Both the position numbers and the translations under genes were made by a program. Below are positions 10,028-19,819 of a stretch of 64,000 bases of DNA, in pieces. Every line of letters starts with the position of its first letter. The first letter of the stretch is position 1. The notes beneath the pieces were generated by a model. It was not told the origin of the DNA and ran no database searches. It worked only from the letters and a program-made list of their open reading frames with translations. The DNA is from an uncultured Planctomycetaceae bacterium (lineage in GTDB: Bacteria > Planctomycetota > Planctomycetia > Isosphaerales > Isosphaeraceae): positions 3,104,001 through 3,168,000 of the forward strand of contig CAWIAD010000002.1 of assembly GCA_963833985.1 (NCBI GenBank), read 5' to 3'.

Positions 10028-11524
10028 ATGAAGACGAAGCTGCGGCTCATTCTGGCGGTGCAGGCCGTCCTGGTCGTCTTGCTCACCACGGCCATCGCCA
10101 GCAAGCGGATACCCCTGGGGATTCCCGGCGAATGGGAATGGCTGAGGGTCCATTCCGTCCCTCAGGCCGCGTGGCTGGCCTTCGCGGCAATCGCCGTGGG
10201 CGTGTACGCCGGCCTGGCCGCGCTGGGCTTCCGCTCGCTGTCCCGCCGCCCAGTACTCTCACGCTGGCGGGAGATATTCTGGGTCGCTCTTCTCTTCCTG
10301 GCTTCAATCGTGATCCAGGTGTTGATCCCGGCGGGCGCCGCGGACGAGTATGACCTGACTCGATGGGCCTACGTGAACTACCTCGGTGCCTCGACCGGCT
10401 ACTACCAGGTCGCCCGCACTCAGGCCGCAGTCAACCCCTGGCGGTTCCTGGCAGACTACCCGGTGTGGATCCAGCGCCAGGACTCACTGCACATCGGTAC
10501 GCATCCTCCCGGACTGATCGTCACCCAGTGCCTGTTGCTGCGGGCGATGGCGCGGAGCCCGGGCGCCGCCGATGCGCTGCTGCGAAGCATGCCGGCATCG
10601 ACCGCGGAAGGGTTCCGGCAGCTCGAGCTGCTGGACGGCAAGCCAATCCCGCGAGCCGACCGCGCCGCGCTCTATCTCAGCAGCCTCATCACGCTGATTG
10701 CGAGCGCGGGGACCGTGCTGCCGCTCTACCTGCTGGCACGTTCGGCCTTGCCGCCCCCTGCCGCCTGGGCGGCCGCGGCGCTCTGGCCGCTGGTGCCCGC
10801 GGCGAACCTGTTCCAGCCCGACGCGGACACGGCTTACCCCTTGCTCTCGTCCGCGGCACTCGCCCTTGCGGCCTGGTCCACGCGGAGCGCAGTGGCCGGG
10901 CGTTATGGCTTCGGGCAAGCCGTGCTGGGCGCAGGCTCGGGCATCGTGCTGGCGTTTGGCACGTTCTTCACCCTCGCGTTCCTGCCCGTGGGCCTGATCG
11001 TGGGGCTCCTGATCGCGCTGGCACCGGGGCTGGCGATCCGGCACAAGGCCGGCGCGGTCGTCGTGGTCGGGGCCGGCTTCTTGCTGCTCACGGCCCTGGG
11101 GTGGGCGATCACGGGCGCGGATCCCATCACCGTGTGGACCTGGAACCTGAAGAATCACGCCCGTTTCTATGTGGAGTATCCACGCACGTACCTGGCGTGG
11201 CTGGTGCTCAACCCGGTCGAGCTGGCGATCGCGCTGGGGCTGCCGGCGGTCACCTGGTGTCTGCTGGGTCTGGGAGGTCTGCGCACCGTGCCGCGAGTCT
11301 CCGTGGTCGCGTTCGCCGTGCTTTGTCTGCTGGACGTGATCGGCCGCAACATGGGTGAGGTCGCCCGGCTCTGGATTCTCTACCTGCCCGCGCTCCTCCC
11401 CGCGGCCGGTACCGGGTTCGTTCGTGCCGGAGGCACGCCGCGCACGCTGGCGGTTTCGGCCGGGTTGCTCGGTTTGCAGACGCTGGCCTTGCAGTCGTTG
11501 ATCCAGGTGGTCTATCCGGTGTGA
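10028..11524 (+). CDS. Polytopic membrane protein, possibly GT-C-fold glycosyltransferase
   Basis: Many TM helices; THPPG loop motif and GEVARLW near the C-terminus, as in GT-C-like membrane proteins. Confidence 0.55.
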   Translation: MKTKLRLILAVQAVLVVLLTTAIASKRIPLGIPGEWEWLRVHSVPQAAWLAFAAIAVGVYAGLAALGFRSLSRRPVLSRWREIFWVALLFLASIVIQVLIPAGAADEYDLTRWAYVNYLGASTGYYQVARTQAAVNPWRFLADYPVWIQRQDSLHIGTHPPGLIVTQCLLLRAMARSPGAADALLRSMPASTAEGFRQLELLDGKPIPRADRAALYLSSLITLIASAGTVLPLYLLARSALPPPAAWAAAALWPLVPAANLFQPDADTAYPLLSSAALALAAWSTRSAVAGRYGFGQAVLGAGSGIVLAFGTFFTLAFLPVGLIVGLLIALAPGLAIRHKAGAVVVVGAGFLLLTALGWAITGADPITVWTWNLKNHARFYVEYPRTYLAWLVLNPVELAIALGLPAVTWCLLGLGGLRTVPRVSVVAFAVLCLLDVIGRNMGEVARLWILYLPALLPAAGTGFVRAGGTPRTLAVSAGLLGLQTLALQSLIQVVYPV

Positions 11525-11529
11525 CCGGG

Positions 11530-12849
11530 TCAGAGGAAGACGTTCGTCACCCGGACACCCAGCTCCGTGTCGATGAGCACCAGCTCTCCCCGTGCGACCA
11601 GGCGGCCGCTGGAGGTCAGCTCGACTGGCTCGCGGCTGTGCCGGCCGAGCTCGACCACGTCGCCGGGCTTGAGGTCAGCCAGGCGGCTCAGGGTCAGGTT
11701 CACGCGCCCCAGCTCCACGGTGAGGGTGACCGGGACGTCCAGGGGCGTGGGGGCCGGCGCGGCAGCGGACGAGGGGCCGGCGCCGGGACTGGGGTTGGCG
11801 GCGGGGGAGGGGCCGGAACTCATGGCTTGATTGGTTCCCGGGGTCAGGGGTTCACGGGGTTCGATGTGGCACGTGAGTGGACCGGTGATCTTCAACTGCC
11901 GGCCCGCCGCGTCCTCGACCGGCTCGGCGGTGATCTCGAAGCGTTCGCCCGAAGCGCCCGGGCCGCACTCCAGCGTGATTGGCCCGCTCGGACTCCTGGG
12001 TGTTCCCCTGAGCCGCGAGTCGATGAGGGGAAGGACGCCCCCCCTGCGCAGCCGCTTGAGCCCGTCGGGCATGGCCACGAAGCCGGCCACGGCGCGCCAG
12101 TGCGACGAAAGGGCGCCGGCCTTCGAGGTTCCTGGGGCCGGCGTGCTCTTGCTGGTCGGCCGCTCCCAGGCGCTCAGGGCGCCCAGGGCGGACTCGGGAA
12201 TCCATAGCCAGGCCGTGCCCTTGGTCGTCCCCACCCGCACGAGCACGCGCACGGTGACAATGGCCCCCAGGTCCGCCGGATCGAACGGGTCGGGACCAAC
12301 GCGATCCAGCAGCAGCTCCGAGGAACCGGTCCGAGGCGGAGCGCCTGCGCGTGCTCGCGCGCCGCCGTACTTCAGGTCGAGCGTTTCCAGGGCGCGGAGC
12401 AGGAGATACGTCCAGACGCCCCATTCGACGGGTGTCAGTTGCAGCCGGCTCTCGGCGAATGGCCGGTTGTGCCCGAGGAGGCGGTCAACGATGGCGTGCG
12501 CGACGGCCACTTCCACGCCCACGGCCAGACGGGTGTGCAGGGCTGTCGCTCGGAGCTGGGCGATCAGGCCGGGCCTGCGCAGGCCCGAGGCGCGCCAGAG
12601 GATCTCCGGCCGGCCCAGCTCCAGGTCCTCGTCCAGGGATTCCAGGTTCCAGCCCAGCCAGTCGAGCGCACGGCCCGCGCCGGTCCAGCAGGCCAGCGAG
12701 GCCTCCAGCCGGACCTGCCGTGAAGCGAGGCGGGGCAGCCAGGACCAGAGCTCGGCGGGGGGGCTGCCGGCAAGATCCCGCAGGTCCGGCGCGCCGGGGC
12801 CGGAGTCGGCGTCCGGGGTCTCGAGGGCGGGGCCGTGTTCAAGGGGCAT
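11530..12849 (-). CDS. SctQ/FliN-like C-ring protein (C-terminal SpoA domain)
   Basis: C-terminus LDVPVTLTVELGRVNLTLSRLADLKPGDVVEL..VARGELVLIDTELGVRV is a SpoA/FliN domain; a degenerate first SpoA-like repeat lies upstream. Confidence 0.8.
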   Translation of the reverse strand: MPLEHGPALETPDADSGPGAPDLRDLAGSPPAELWSWLPRLASRQVRLEASLACWTGAGRALDWLGWNLESLDEDLELGRPEILWRASGLRRPGLIAQLRATALHTRLAVGVEVAVAHAIVDRLLGHNRPFAESRLQLTPVEWGVWTYLLLRALETLDLKYGGARARAGAPPRTGSSELLLDRVGPDPFDPADLGAIVTVRVLVRVGTTKGTAWLWIPESALGALSAWERPTSKSTPAPGTSKAGALSSHWRAVAGFVAMPDGLKRLRRGGVLPLIDSRLRGTPRSPSGPITLECGPGASGERFEITAEPVEDAAGRQLKITGPLTCHIEPREPLTPGTNQAMSSGPSPAANPSPGAGPSSAAAPAPTPLDVPVTLTVELGRVNLTLSRLADLKPGDVVELGRHSREPVELTSSGRLVARGELVLIDTELGVRVTNVFL

Positions 12850-13813
12850 GGTGCGGTCTCGCGGGCTCTGGCGGTGGCATGACCGGGATCCGGCCTTCCC
12901 CCGCAAGCCGTTCCCAGGCGGATTCCAGGACGGCCTGCTCCTGCCCGCGGAGCGACGGGCCGATCCGCGGCGCGGCCGCCATCGTCGACCGAATCCGCTT
13001 GGCGATGGCGTAAGGCACATGCTGGAGTACCCAGCGCACCCGGTAAGGCTCGCAGGCGGAAAGCAGCCGCGCGAGCGTGTTCAGCCCGAGTGCGGCAAGC
13101 CGGCGCCGCTTGCCCCCGCCCGGTGCCGGCCTGGTCATCTGCAAATCGCGTGCGGCCCAGGCGCGCAGGGCGGCCGGTTCGGTGCCGGACCGATCCATCG
13201 GGCGGGCGGCAAACCACTCCGCTCGCTGCCGGTCACGCGCGCGTCCGGAAACCAGTGCTTCCGGATCGCCGGCCAGCACCGCCTTGGCCTGGCCGGCGGC
13301 ATGACAGAGCGCGTAAAGCTCTCGCGGAGCGAGCATCGCAAGGGCAACGATCGCCGGCGGTTCGTCGGGCTGAGCAGCCTCTCCGCCGACGAGGCGCTCG
13401 GTCCAGAGCGAGAGCACCCATTCAGCGGCCTGCGCATCCGGAGGCCGCAACCCGGAGGTGTCGATCATGTCGCCGGACTGCTGCCGCACAGCGGCTCGCA
13501 CCTCTGGCGGGCCCAACCGCGCAACCAGGCTCTGCACGGCGGGAGACTCCCCCTGGAGCGCGCGCGACCACCAGCTCGGGTGAATCTCCGCGGGGTTCGC
13601 GTGGCACTGGTCCGCGTGCGCGCGGCGGAGCAAGCTCAGGGCGTGCTCCGGGCGGCGAGGCTCATGACCGCTCGTGGCATCGTCGAGACGCTGCCGCCAG
13701 TCACCGGCCAGCCAGCGCCGGCACGATGCGGAGGCGGCTCCCTGAACAGCGGGGCCCCAGGCGGCAAGGCAGCACACCAGCGCCAGATCGGCGTTGAGCA
13801 CGGGGCGCGGCAT
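12839..13813 (-). CDS. Hypothetical protein, possibly SctK-like, overlapping the SctQ-like gene
   Basis: Overlaps the start of the next gene. IHPSWW motif; C-terminal GLNTLARLL..VRWVLQHVPYAIAKRI reminiscent of SctK/FliG-like helices. Start uncertain. Confidence 0.45.
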   Translation of the reverse strand: MPRPVLNADLALVCCLAAWGPAVQGAASASCRRWLAGDWRQRLDDATSGHEPRRPEHALSLLRRAHADQCHANPAEIHPSWWSRALQGESPAVQSLVARLGPPEVRAAVRQQSGDMIDTSGLRPPDAQAAEWVLSLWTERLVGGEAAQPDEPPAIVALAMLAPRELYALCHAAGQAKAVLAGDPEALVSGRARDRQRAEWFAARPMDRSGTEPAALRAWAARDLQMTRPAPGGGKRRRLAALGLNTLARLLSACEPYRVRWVLQHVPYAIAKRIRSTMAAAPRIGPSLRGQEQAVLESAWERLAGEGRIPVMPPPEPARPHHAP

Positions 13814-13895
13814 CTCTGCGGAGACGAGATCCGCCGGTGGCTGCGAAAGTCGCTGCACGTGGTCGGTTCCTGGTCGAGTTGTATCGTCAGGCGCG

Positions 13896-14663
13896 TCAGG
13901 TTGACGGAAAGTTCTTGATGAAACAGACCGAGCGGTCGGAAGTCTCAAGGGAAACGTGGTCGAACCCCGCGGCGCTCACCTCGGTGCTGGAGTCCTGGAC
14001 GAGAACGGGGATCCTGTCCATCCAGCCAGTGGCGTCGCGGAATTCCAGCACCAATTTCTCCGCGGTGAACGTGTAGGTCAAGGTGGTGATATGAACGCCC
14101 GGCTCACCCTGGGCCCATTCGTCGGCGACGCACCAGACCTCCTTGATGGCCCGGCCGATCTGGGCGACGGCCTCCTGTGAGAGGGCGGTGCGGGCGAAGA
14201 CGAGGCTGCGCAACTGACCCAGCCGGCGGAGGACCTCGCCGTCGTCGTCATCGTTGAACGAGACGCTGGCCTGAATCTGGCCAGCGCGGGTCTGGTCGGA
14301 CCAGCGTACGGCCTGTTCCAGGGCCTGAAAGATGCGGTCCGGCGTGTAGGGCTTGGCGATGTAGTCGTCGGCACCAATACAAAAACTCTCGATGCGGTTC
14401 TCGGCGGCGATCCGCGCCGTGATGATCACCAGGGGGATGAGGCTGGTTCCCCGGGAGGACTTGAGGATCTTGCAGATCTCATAGCCGTTGAGGTCCGGCA
14501 GCATCAGGTCCAGGAAGATGATATCGGGCTGAGCCCGGGCCACCAGGTTGAGTGCTTCCTTGCCCGTGAAGGCTGATTCGGTGCGGTAGCCACGGAGGCG
14601 CAGCAGCATTCCCAGCAGCTTGTTGGCTTCGGGCTCGTCTTCGACGATCAGCGCGGTGGGCAT
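13896..14663 (-). CDS. Response regulator receiver fused to degenerate HATPase_c (RsbW-like) domain
   Basis: LIVEDE, FLDLMLP, GADDYIAKPY; C-terminal AIKEVWCVADEW..TYTFTAEKLVLEFRD. Confidence 0.8.
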   Translation of the reverse strand: MPTALIVEDEPEANKLLGMLLRLRGYRTESAFTGKEALNLVARAQPDIIFLDLMLPDLNGYEICKILKSSRGTSLIPLVIITARIAAENRIESFCIGADDYIAKPYTPDRIFQALEQAVRWSDQTRAGQIQASVSFNDDDDGEVLRRLGQLRSLVFARTALSQEAVAQIGRAIKEVWCVADEWAQGEPGVHITTLTYTFTAEKLVLEFRDATGWMDRIPVLVQDSSTEVSAAGFDHVSLETSDRSVCFIKNFPST

Positions 14664-14743
14664 CTGACGTCCTCAAAAGAAACGAGAGGCCGGATCACCA
14701 GGCCAGCGGCGCGTCACCGGCACCCGCACTGGCGACCCTGCGA

Positions 14744-15980
14744 CTAGGTCGAAGCCTCCTGGTAGGGTGCCAGAGAGGGTGAAGGAGGGGACGCGTCCTC
14801 GCTGGCCCCCGCGGCGCGGCGAGGCAGGCGTACCGTGATTCGCGTGCCGCCTTCGGCCACGCTTTCCGCTTCGATCGTCCCCCGATGCATCTCGACGAAC
14901 TGCTTGCAAATGCTCAGGCCAAGCCCGAGCCCGCGCTTGCAGAACCCGAAGTCCCCCGAGGAATGCCGGCTGGGATCGAACTGCGTGAAGAACGGCTGGA
15001 ACAGGTGCTTGAGCGCCTGCGGCTCAAGCCCGACGCCATGGTCGGTCACGCAGATCCGGGCCTCGTCGTCATCCTCGAGCTCGGCGGACAGCTCGATCAG
15101 GCCATGGTCGGGCGTGAACTTGATGGCGTTGGTGAGCAAGTTAACGAGCACCGCGCTGATCTTGTCGGCATCGACCTCGAAAGTCCCCAGGTCATCCGCC
15201 ACAGCGAGCCGAATTTCTAGCTGTCGCGCGTGCACAAACGGTAGAACCTGCTCGGCGACGCCGTGAATGAAGGTGCTCAGCTCGACCGGACTGCGCTGAA
15301 GAGTTCTCCGGAAATCATCCGCACGCAGCAGCGTGAGCATGCTCGTGACCAGCCGGGCGAGCTGCTTGCCGCTGGCGGTGATCTGGCGAAGAATGTCGCG
15401 CTCGTCGTCCGCGGGATCGGGATTGGCCATCTTCAGCAGTTCCGTGAGCCCAAGTACGAGCGTGATCGGCGTGTTGAATTCATGGCTGGCCACTTCAATG
15501 AACGCCGTCTTCAGTTGACCGGCCCGAGCCAGCTCTTCATTGGCAAGCACAAGCTGGGTGTTGGCCGCTTGCAGCTCCGCGATCAGCCGTTTCCTCTCGG
15601 CCAGCAAATCGTACTGCTCGGCGGCCTGCCGGATGATTCCCTCGAACTCCACCGTGTCCCACGGCTTCAGGATATAACGAAAGATGTGCCCCTCGTTGAC
15701 GGCGTTGATCACGGCCTGGATGTCCGCGTAGCCGGTGAACAGCATGCGGATGGCGTCGGGCTGGAGCCGGCGCCTGGCTCAGGAACGCATCGCCCTGCAT
15801 GCCGGGCATGCGCTGGTCCGAGAGGATCAGTTGCACCTGGTTCTCGCTCAGCAGCGAGATCGCCTGACTGCCAGACCCGGCGGTCAGGACCTTGTACGTA
15901 CGGTGAAACTGGTGCCGCAGGCTCTCCAGGACGTCCACTTCGTCATCGACAATCAGTAACGTGTGCCGCCTCTGCTCCAT
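14744..15980 (-). CDS. Hybrid receiver-histidine kinase (frameshift near 15770)
   Basis: N-terminal receiver MEQRRHTLLIVDDE..SDQRMP in one frame continues as MLFTGYAD..ASHEFNTP..NAIKFT..GLGLGL in another. Confidence 0.85.
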
Positions 15981-16304
15981 CCGATACGCTCCGCCCCCCC
16001 CACGCAAGGCCGCCTGGGCCGGCTTGTTCCACGCCGGACGCCGGCTCATTTCATCGCGGTCGATACATTGCTTGCTTGCAGGTTTGCACCGCTTCGGGAA
16101 CCTCGGGCAGACTCCCGACCGGGGCATCGGCACTTCCAGCATCCCTCGCCGCCATTCCTCATTACGCTTTCATCATACAGGTTTGGCCATCATTATAGTG
16201 GAGAAATATAGTGGAGAAATGCGGTCGGAAAATGGCGCTGTCGGGTAACTGCCATCCCCTGCATTCTGAACGGATGGTCATATCTCCTGGCTCCGTGTCA
16301 CGCA

Positions 16305-16835
16305 CTAATGCGGCAATTCCGGTGCCTCGCCGTCCTGCGGCGAGGATCCGGGAAGTACATGCAGCCGGTGTACAGCCGCCTCGATCGCGGAGAGCCGGTT
16401 CTTCAAACCGTCGATCTCGTCGAGCAGTAGCTCCCGGTCGCGAGCCATCATCTCCAGCCGGTCATACTCGGCGGCCGCTTGCTGCACGGCCATCTGGAGC
16501 TCCTCGGGTTGCCAGGGCTTACGCACGAACTGGAACACGTGCCCCTGGTTGATGGCCGAGATCACTGATTCGAGGTCGGCGAAACCCGTGAACAGCATGC
16601 GAATGGCCTGCGGATAGCGCGCCTTGACCTTGGTGAGCAGTTCTACGCCGGAAATTTGCGGCATGCGCTGGTCGGACATGACGATGTGCACTTCCTCCTG
16701 TTGCATGAGCCGGTAGCCTTCCTCGGCGCTGTGTGCCTTGAGAACCCGGAAGTCGCGGCGAAGCAGGTCGTGCACCGAGTCGCAAACGTTCGGTTCGTCG
16801 TCCACGATGAGGAGGCAATGCTTGTTCTTGGCCAT
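16305..16835 (-). CDS. Response regulator (receiver plus coiled coil)
   Basis: LLIVDDE, SDQRMP, MLFTGFAD, RKPW. Confidence 0.9.
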   Translation of the reverse strand: MAKNKHCLLIVDDEPNVCDSVHDLLRRDFRVLKAHSAEEGYRLMQQEEVHIVMSDQRMPQISGVELLTKVKARYPQAIRMLFTGFADLESVISAINQGHVFQFVRKPWQPEELQMAVQQAAAEYDRLEMMARDRELLLDEIDGLKNRLSAIEAAVHRLHVLPGSSPQDGEAPELPH

Positions 16836-17047
16836 GGCGTTCGTCAGACCCTCCTCGGGCGAAGCTCCTTTCGACCGGAACCAGGATGCGGTACGCAACC
16901 CGCCGATCGTCACGGACGGAAGACGCAAAGAACCGAGATTTGCAGGAGCGACGAGGGCCGATCGGGAGCCTGGGGGATGGCAATCCGCGGGACTGATCCG
17001 CCGTTCGTGTCGCGTCTCTGTCATTCTATCACGCGCCGGCTCACCGG

Positions 17048-19714
17048 TCATACGGGTGGTGGCGGAAGAATCGGCGGCCTTGCCAGCGCCCGTGCAGCCG
17101 GAGCGGGGCGCTGCGGCAGCAGGATGCGGAAGTTGCTCCCCTCGCCCTTGCGGCTTTCGACCTCGATGCGTCCGCCATGGCCGGAGATGATGCCGTGGCT
17201 GATGGCCAAACCCAGTCCGGTTCCCTCGCCCACCGGCTTGGTCGTGAAGAACGGATCAAAGATCCGCTGGCGATGGTCCGGCTCGATGCCCGGACCGTTA
17301 TCGCTCACGCTGATGGCGACCCAGGGTCCCATCAGGCGGCCCTCCACCGTGATCCGTCCGCCATCGTGCCGGCCCGCGCCCTCGATCGCCTGAAGCGCGT
17401 TGATGAGCAGGTTGAGCAGTACCTGGCCGATCTGGTCGGCCACACCCTCGACCGGGGGCAGATCGTCGATTTTCACCACCACCTCAACGTGTTCCCGCTG
17501 GAGGCGGCCATGCATCATCTCCAGCGTGTTCTCCACCAGCTCCACCAGCGAGAACGGCTCCCACTGCGGTGGCGATGTCCGGGCGAGCCCGCGCATCTTC
17601 TCGACAATTCCGGCCACTCGTTTCACGCCCACCCGCGTTCGCTCGATCATCGGGCCCAGGTTTTCGCGAATATAGGGCCAATCGATGTCGACGGCGAACT
17701 CATCGAGCGGCTCGAACTCCAGCCGGGCGGCCGGATCAAGACGCTCCCGCGCCTGCTCGTAAAGCTGAACCATGCGGAGCAGGAAGCCCAGCTCCCGTTG
17801 CAGCACCACCAGGTTATTCAGCACGTAGGCCAGCGGGTTATTGATCTCGTGAGCGACCCCCGCGCTCAGGAGCCCGATCGACGCCAGCTTGTCGGTGTGC
17901 GCCAGCATTGCGTGCATCCGCTGCCGCTCGGTCTGGTCGCGGATCGAAGCGATGTACTGGGGCTGGCCATCGTGCACCACCGCGCTCAGCGATAGCTCCA
18001 GCGGGAACTCGGTGCCGTCCTGCTTGCGGCCGGAGAGCTCCTCTGTCTTGCCCACCAGCGGCGAGAGCTGAGGTGCACGAGCGTCCTCGCGGTCCCCGTC
18101 GCGCGGCTCGCCTGCGCTCTGGCCGTCTGCTCCGTACGGCTCCCATGCGGGGAAGACACCCGGGATCAGCAGCTCCAAGGGCTGTCCGAGAACCTGGCGC
18201 GGTTCGTAACCAAAAATCTTCTCGGCCGCCGGGTTGAACAGGCTGATCCGGCCTTCAGCGTCGGCCGCGATGATGGCGTCGAGGCTCCCCTCGGCAAGCT
18301 GGCGATACCTGGCCTCGGATTCGGACAGCGCCCGGTTCTTCAGCTCCATCTCCTGGGCGTTGCGCATCTGGGCCTCGGCAAACTCGCGGCGCGTTCGCTC
18401 CAGCGCCTTGCGCTCGGTGATGTCCCGGAGGATCGCCAGCACGGCAATCTGGCGATCGAAATGGATTGTCGAGGTGGTCACCTCCACGGGGATGATCCGC
18501 CCGCTCTTGGTCCGGTGCAGGCCCTCGCAGCGCAACGTGCCCTGCTGGAGCTGGTAATGCAGCCGTTCCTGGAAGCCGGCGGCGAACTCCGGAGCGTCGA
18601 TCTGGCTGGTGGACATGCCCACGAGCTCCTCACGCGTGTAGCCGAGCTGGCGGCAGGCCGCGGCGTTGGCGTCGAGGATTCGTCCCTCCTGGTCATGCAC
18701 GAATACCGCATCGTGGATCCCGTCGAAGAGCGCGCGGGCGCGGCGCTCGGACTCGACCAGGGCAGCTTCAGCCTGGCTGCGCTTCGATACGTCTTGAAGC
18801 ACGCTCCGCAACCCCGAGATCCGGCCATCGGCATCGCGGCGTTCCCGCTCCTGAATCTCCACGACCAGGTCGCGGCCATCGCGCGTCACCAGAACTTGCT
18901 GGTACACCTCCAGGGGCAAGCTGCCGGCCAGCTTGGACTTCAGCCTTTGACCGGCCAGCGCGCGTTCGGCCGGCCTGATCAGATCCAGCACCGACCGGCC
19001 CAGCAGTTCTTCCTTGTCGTACCCCAGCAACTCGCAGGCGGTCCGATTGATGCTCACGATCCGCGCCTCCAGATCGATCGCATGGTAACCCACAGGCGCC
19101 TCGTCGTAGAGCGCGCGATAGCGCTGTTCCGACTTCCGCAGGGCCTCCTCCGCGCACATGCGCTCCGAGATGTCGGTCACGAACGCGTACACGCCGCGGG
19201 GGACGCCCTGCTCGTCACGAAACGCGTCGAGGATCAGCTCGACCGGCACCAGCGTCCCATCCTTGCGGCGATAGAACTTGACGGCACGCTCGTTCTTGCC
19301 CGTCGCCAGCACCTCCAGATGGTATTTCCGCGTCAACTCCCGCGATTCCGGCGCGGTGACATCCATGATCGACATCGAGAGCAGCTCGTCGCGCGTGTAG
19401 CCGACCAGGCGGCAGAATGCGTCATTGATCTGAACGATGCGCTGCTCCAGGTCGGCAACCGCGAACGGCTGCGGCCCTTCCTCGAGGAGACGGTAGAGCC
19501 AGCGCCCGCGCACGCCGCGGGAGTCCTGCGGATCGTTGAGCAATTGCCGGAGATCCTCGGCATTGCCCTGCACCGCGGCCTCGGTCGCAGACGCGGGTAT
19601 CGGCTCCTCTGGCTTGGCGATGGAATTCACGGCAACACTCGTGAGACGTGCGGACAGTCGTGCCCGTATCTGCACCAGTATAACGACAGAACGGAAGCGG
19701 ATCGAAGGCTCCAT
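17048..19714 (-). CDS. Multi-PAS sensor histidine kinase
   Basis: Four PAS/PAC repeats; GVAHEINNPL H-box; NLLINA, DNGPG, FFTTK and GTGLGL boxes. Start may be slightly downstream. Confidence 0.92.
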   Translation of the reverse strand: MEPSIRFRSVVILVQIRARLSARLTSVAVNSIAKPEEPIPASATEAAVQGNAEDLRQLLNDPQDSRGVRGRWLYRLLEEGPQPFAVADLEQRIVQINDAFCRLVGYTRDELLSMSIMDVTAPESRELTRKYHLEVLATGKNERAVKFYRRKDGTLVPVELILDAFRDEQGVPRGVYAFVTDISERMCAEEALRKSEQRYRALYDEAPVGYHAIDLEARIVSINRTACELLGYDKEELLGRSVLDLIRPAERALAGQRLKSKLAGSLPLEVYQQVLVTRDGRDLVVEIQERERRDADGRISGLRSVLQDVSKRSQAEAALVESERRARALFDGIHDAVFVHDQEGRILDANAAACRQLGYTREELVGMSTSQIDAPEFAAGFQERLHYQLQQGTLRCEGLHRTKSGRIIPVEVTTSTIHFDRQIAVLAILRDITERKALERTRREFAEAQMRNAQEMELKNRALSESEARYRQLAEGSLDAIIAADAEGRISLFNPAAEKIFGYEPRQVLGQPLELLIPGVFPAWEPYGADGQSAGEPRDGDREDARAPQLSPLVGKTEELSGRKQDGTEFPLELSLSAVVHDGQPQYIASIRDQTERQRMHAMLAHTDKLASIGLLSAGVAHEINNPLAYVLNNLVVLQRELGFLLRMVQLYEQARERLDPAARLEFEPLDEFAVDIDWPYIRENLGPMIERTRVGVKRVAGIVEKMRGLARTSPPQWEPFSLVELVENTLEMMHGRLQREHVEVVVKIDDLPPVEGVADQIGQVLLNLLINALQAIEGAGRHDGGRITVEGRLMGPWVAISVSDNGPGIEPDHRQRIFDPFFTTKPVGEGTGLGLAISHGIISGHGGRIEVESRKGEGSNFRILLPQRPAPAARALARPPILPPPPV

Positions 19715-19819
19715 GACCCCGATGTGCGGGAAATCACGGAGTTCGGGCGCCCATCCGGACCGGACTGAGCGTGCGGAAAGATCGCAGAACCGTGCGCTCC
19801 CACAGCCCAGAAGCCGCTC

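Noticed and set aside
11831..13918. 695-aa plus-strand ORF, and similar long antisense ORFs (23915..26437, 58097..59722, 38917..40632)
   Set aside because: Antisense shadows of recognisable genes, common in high-GC DNA; no domain motifs.
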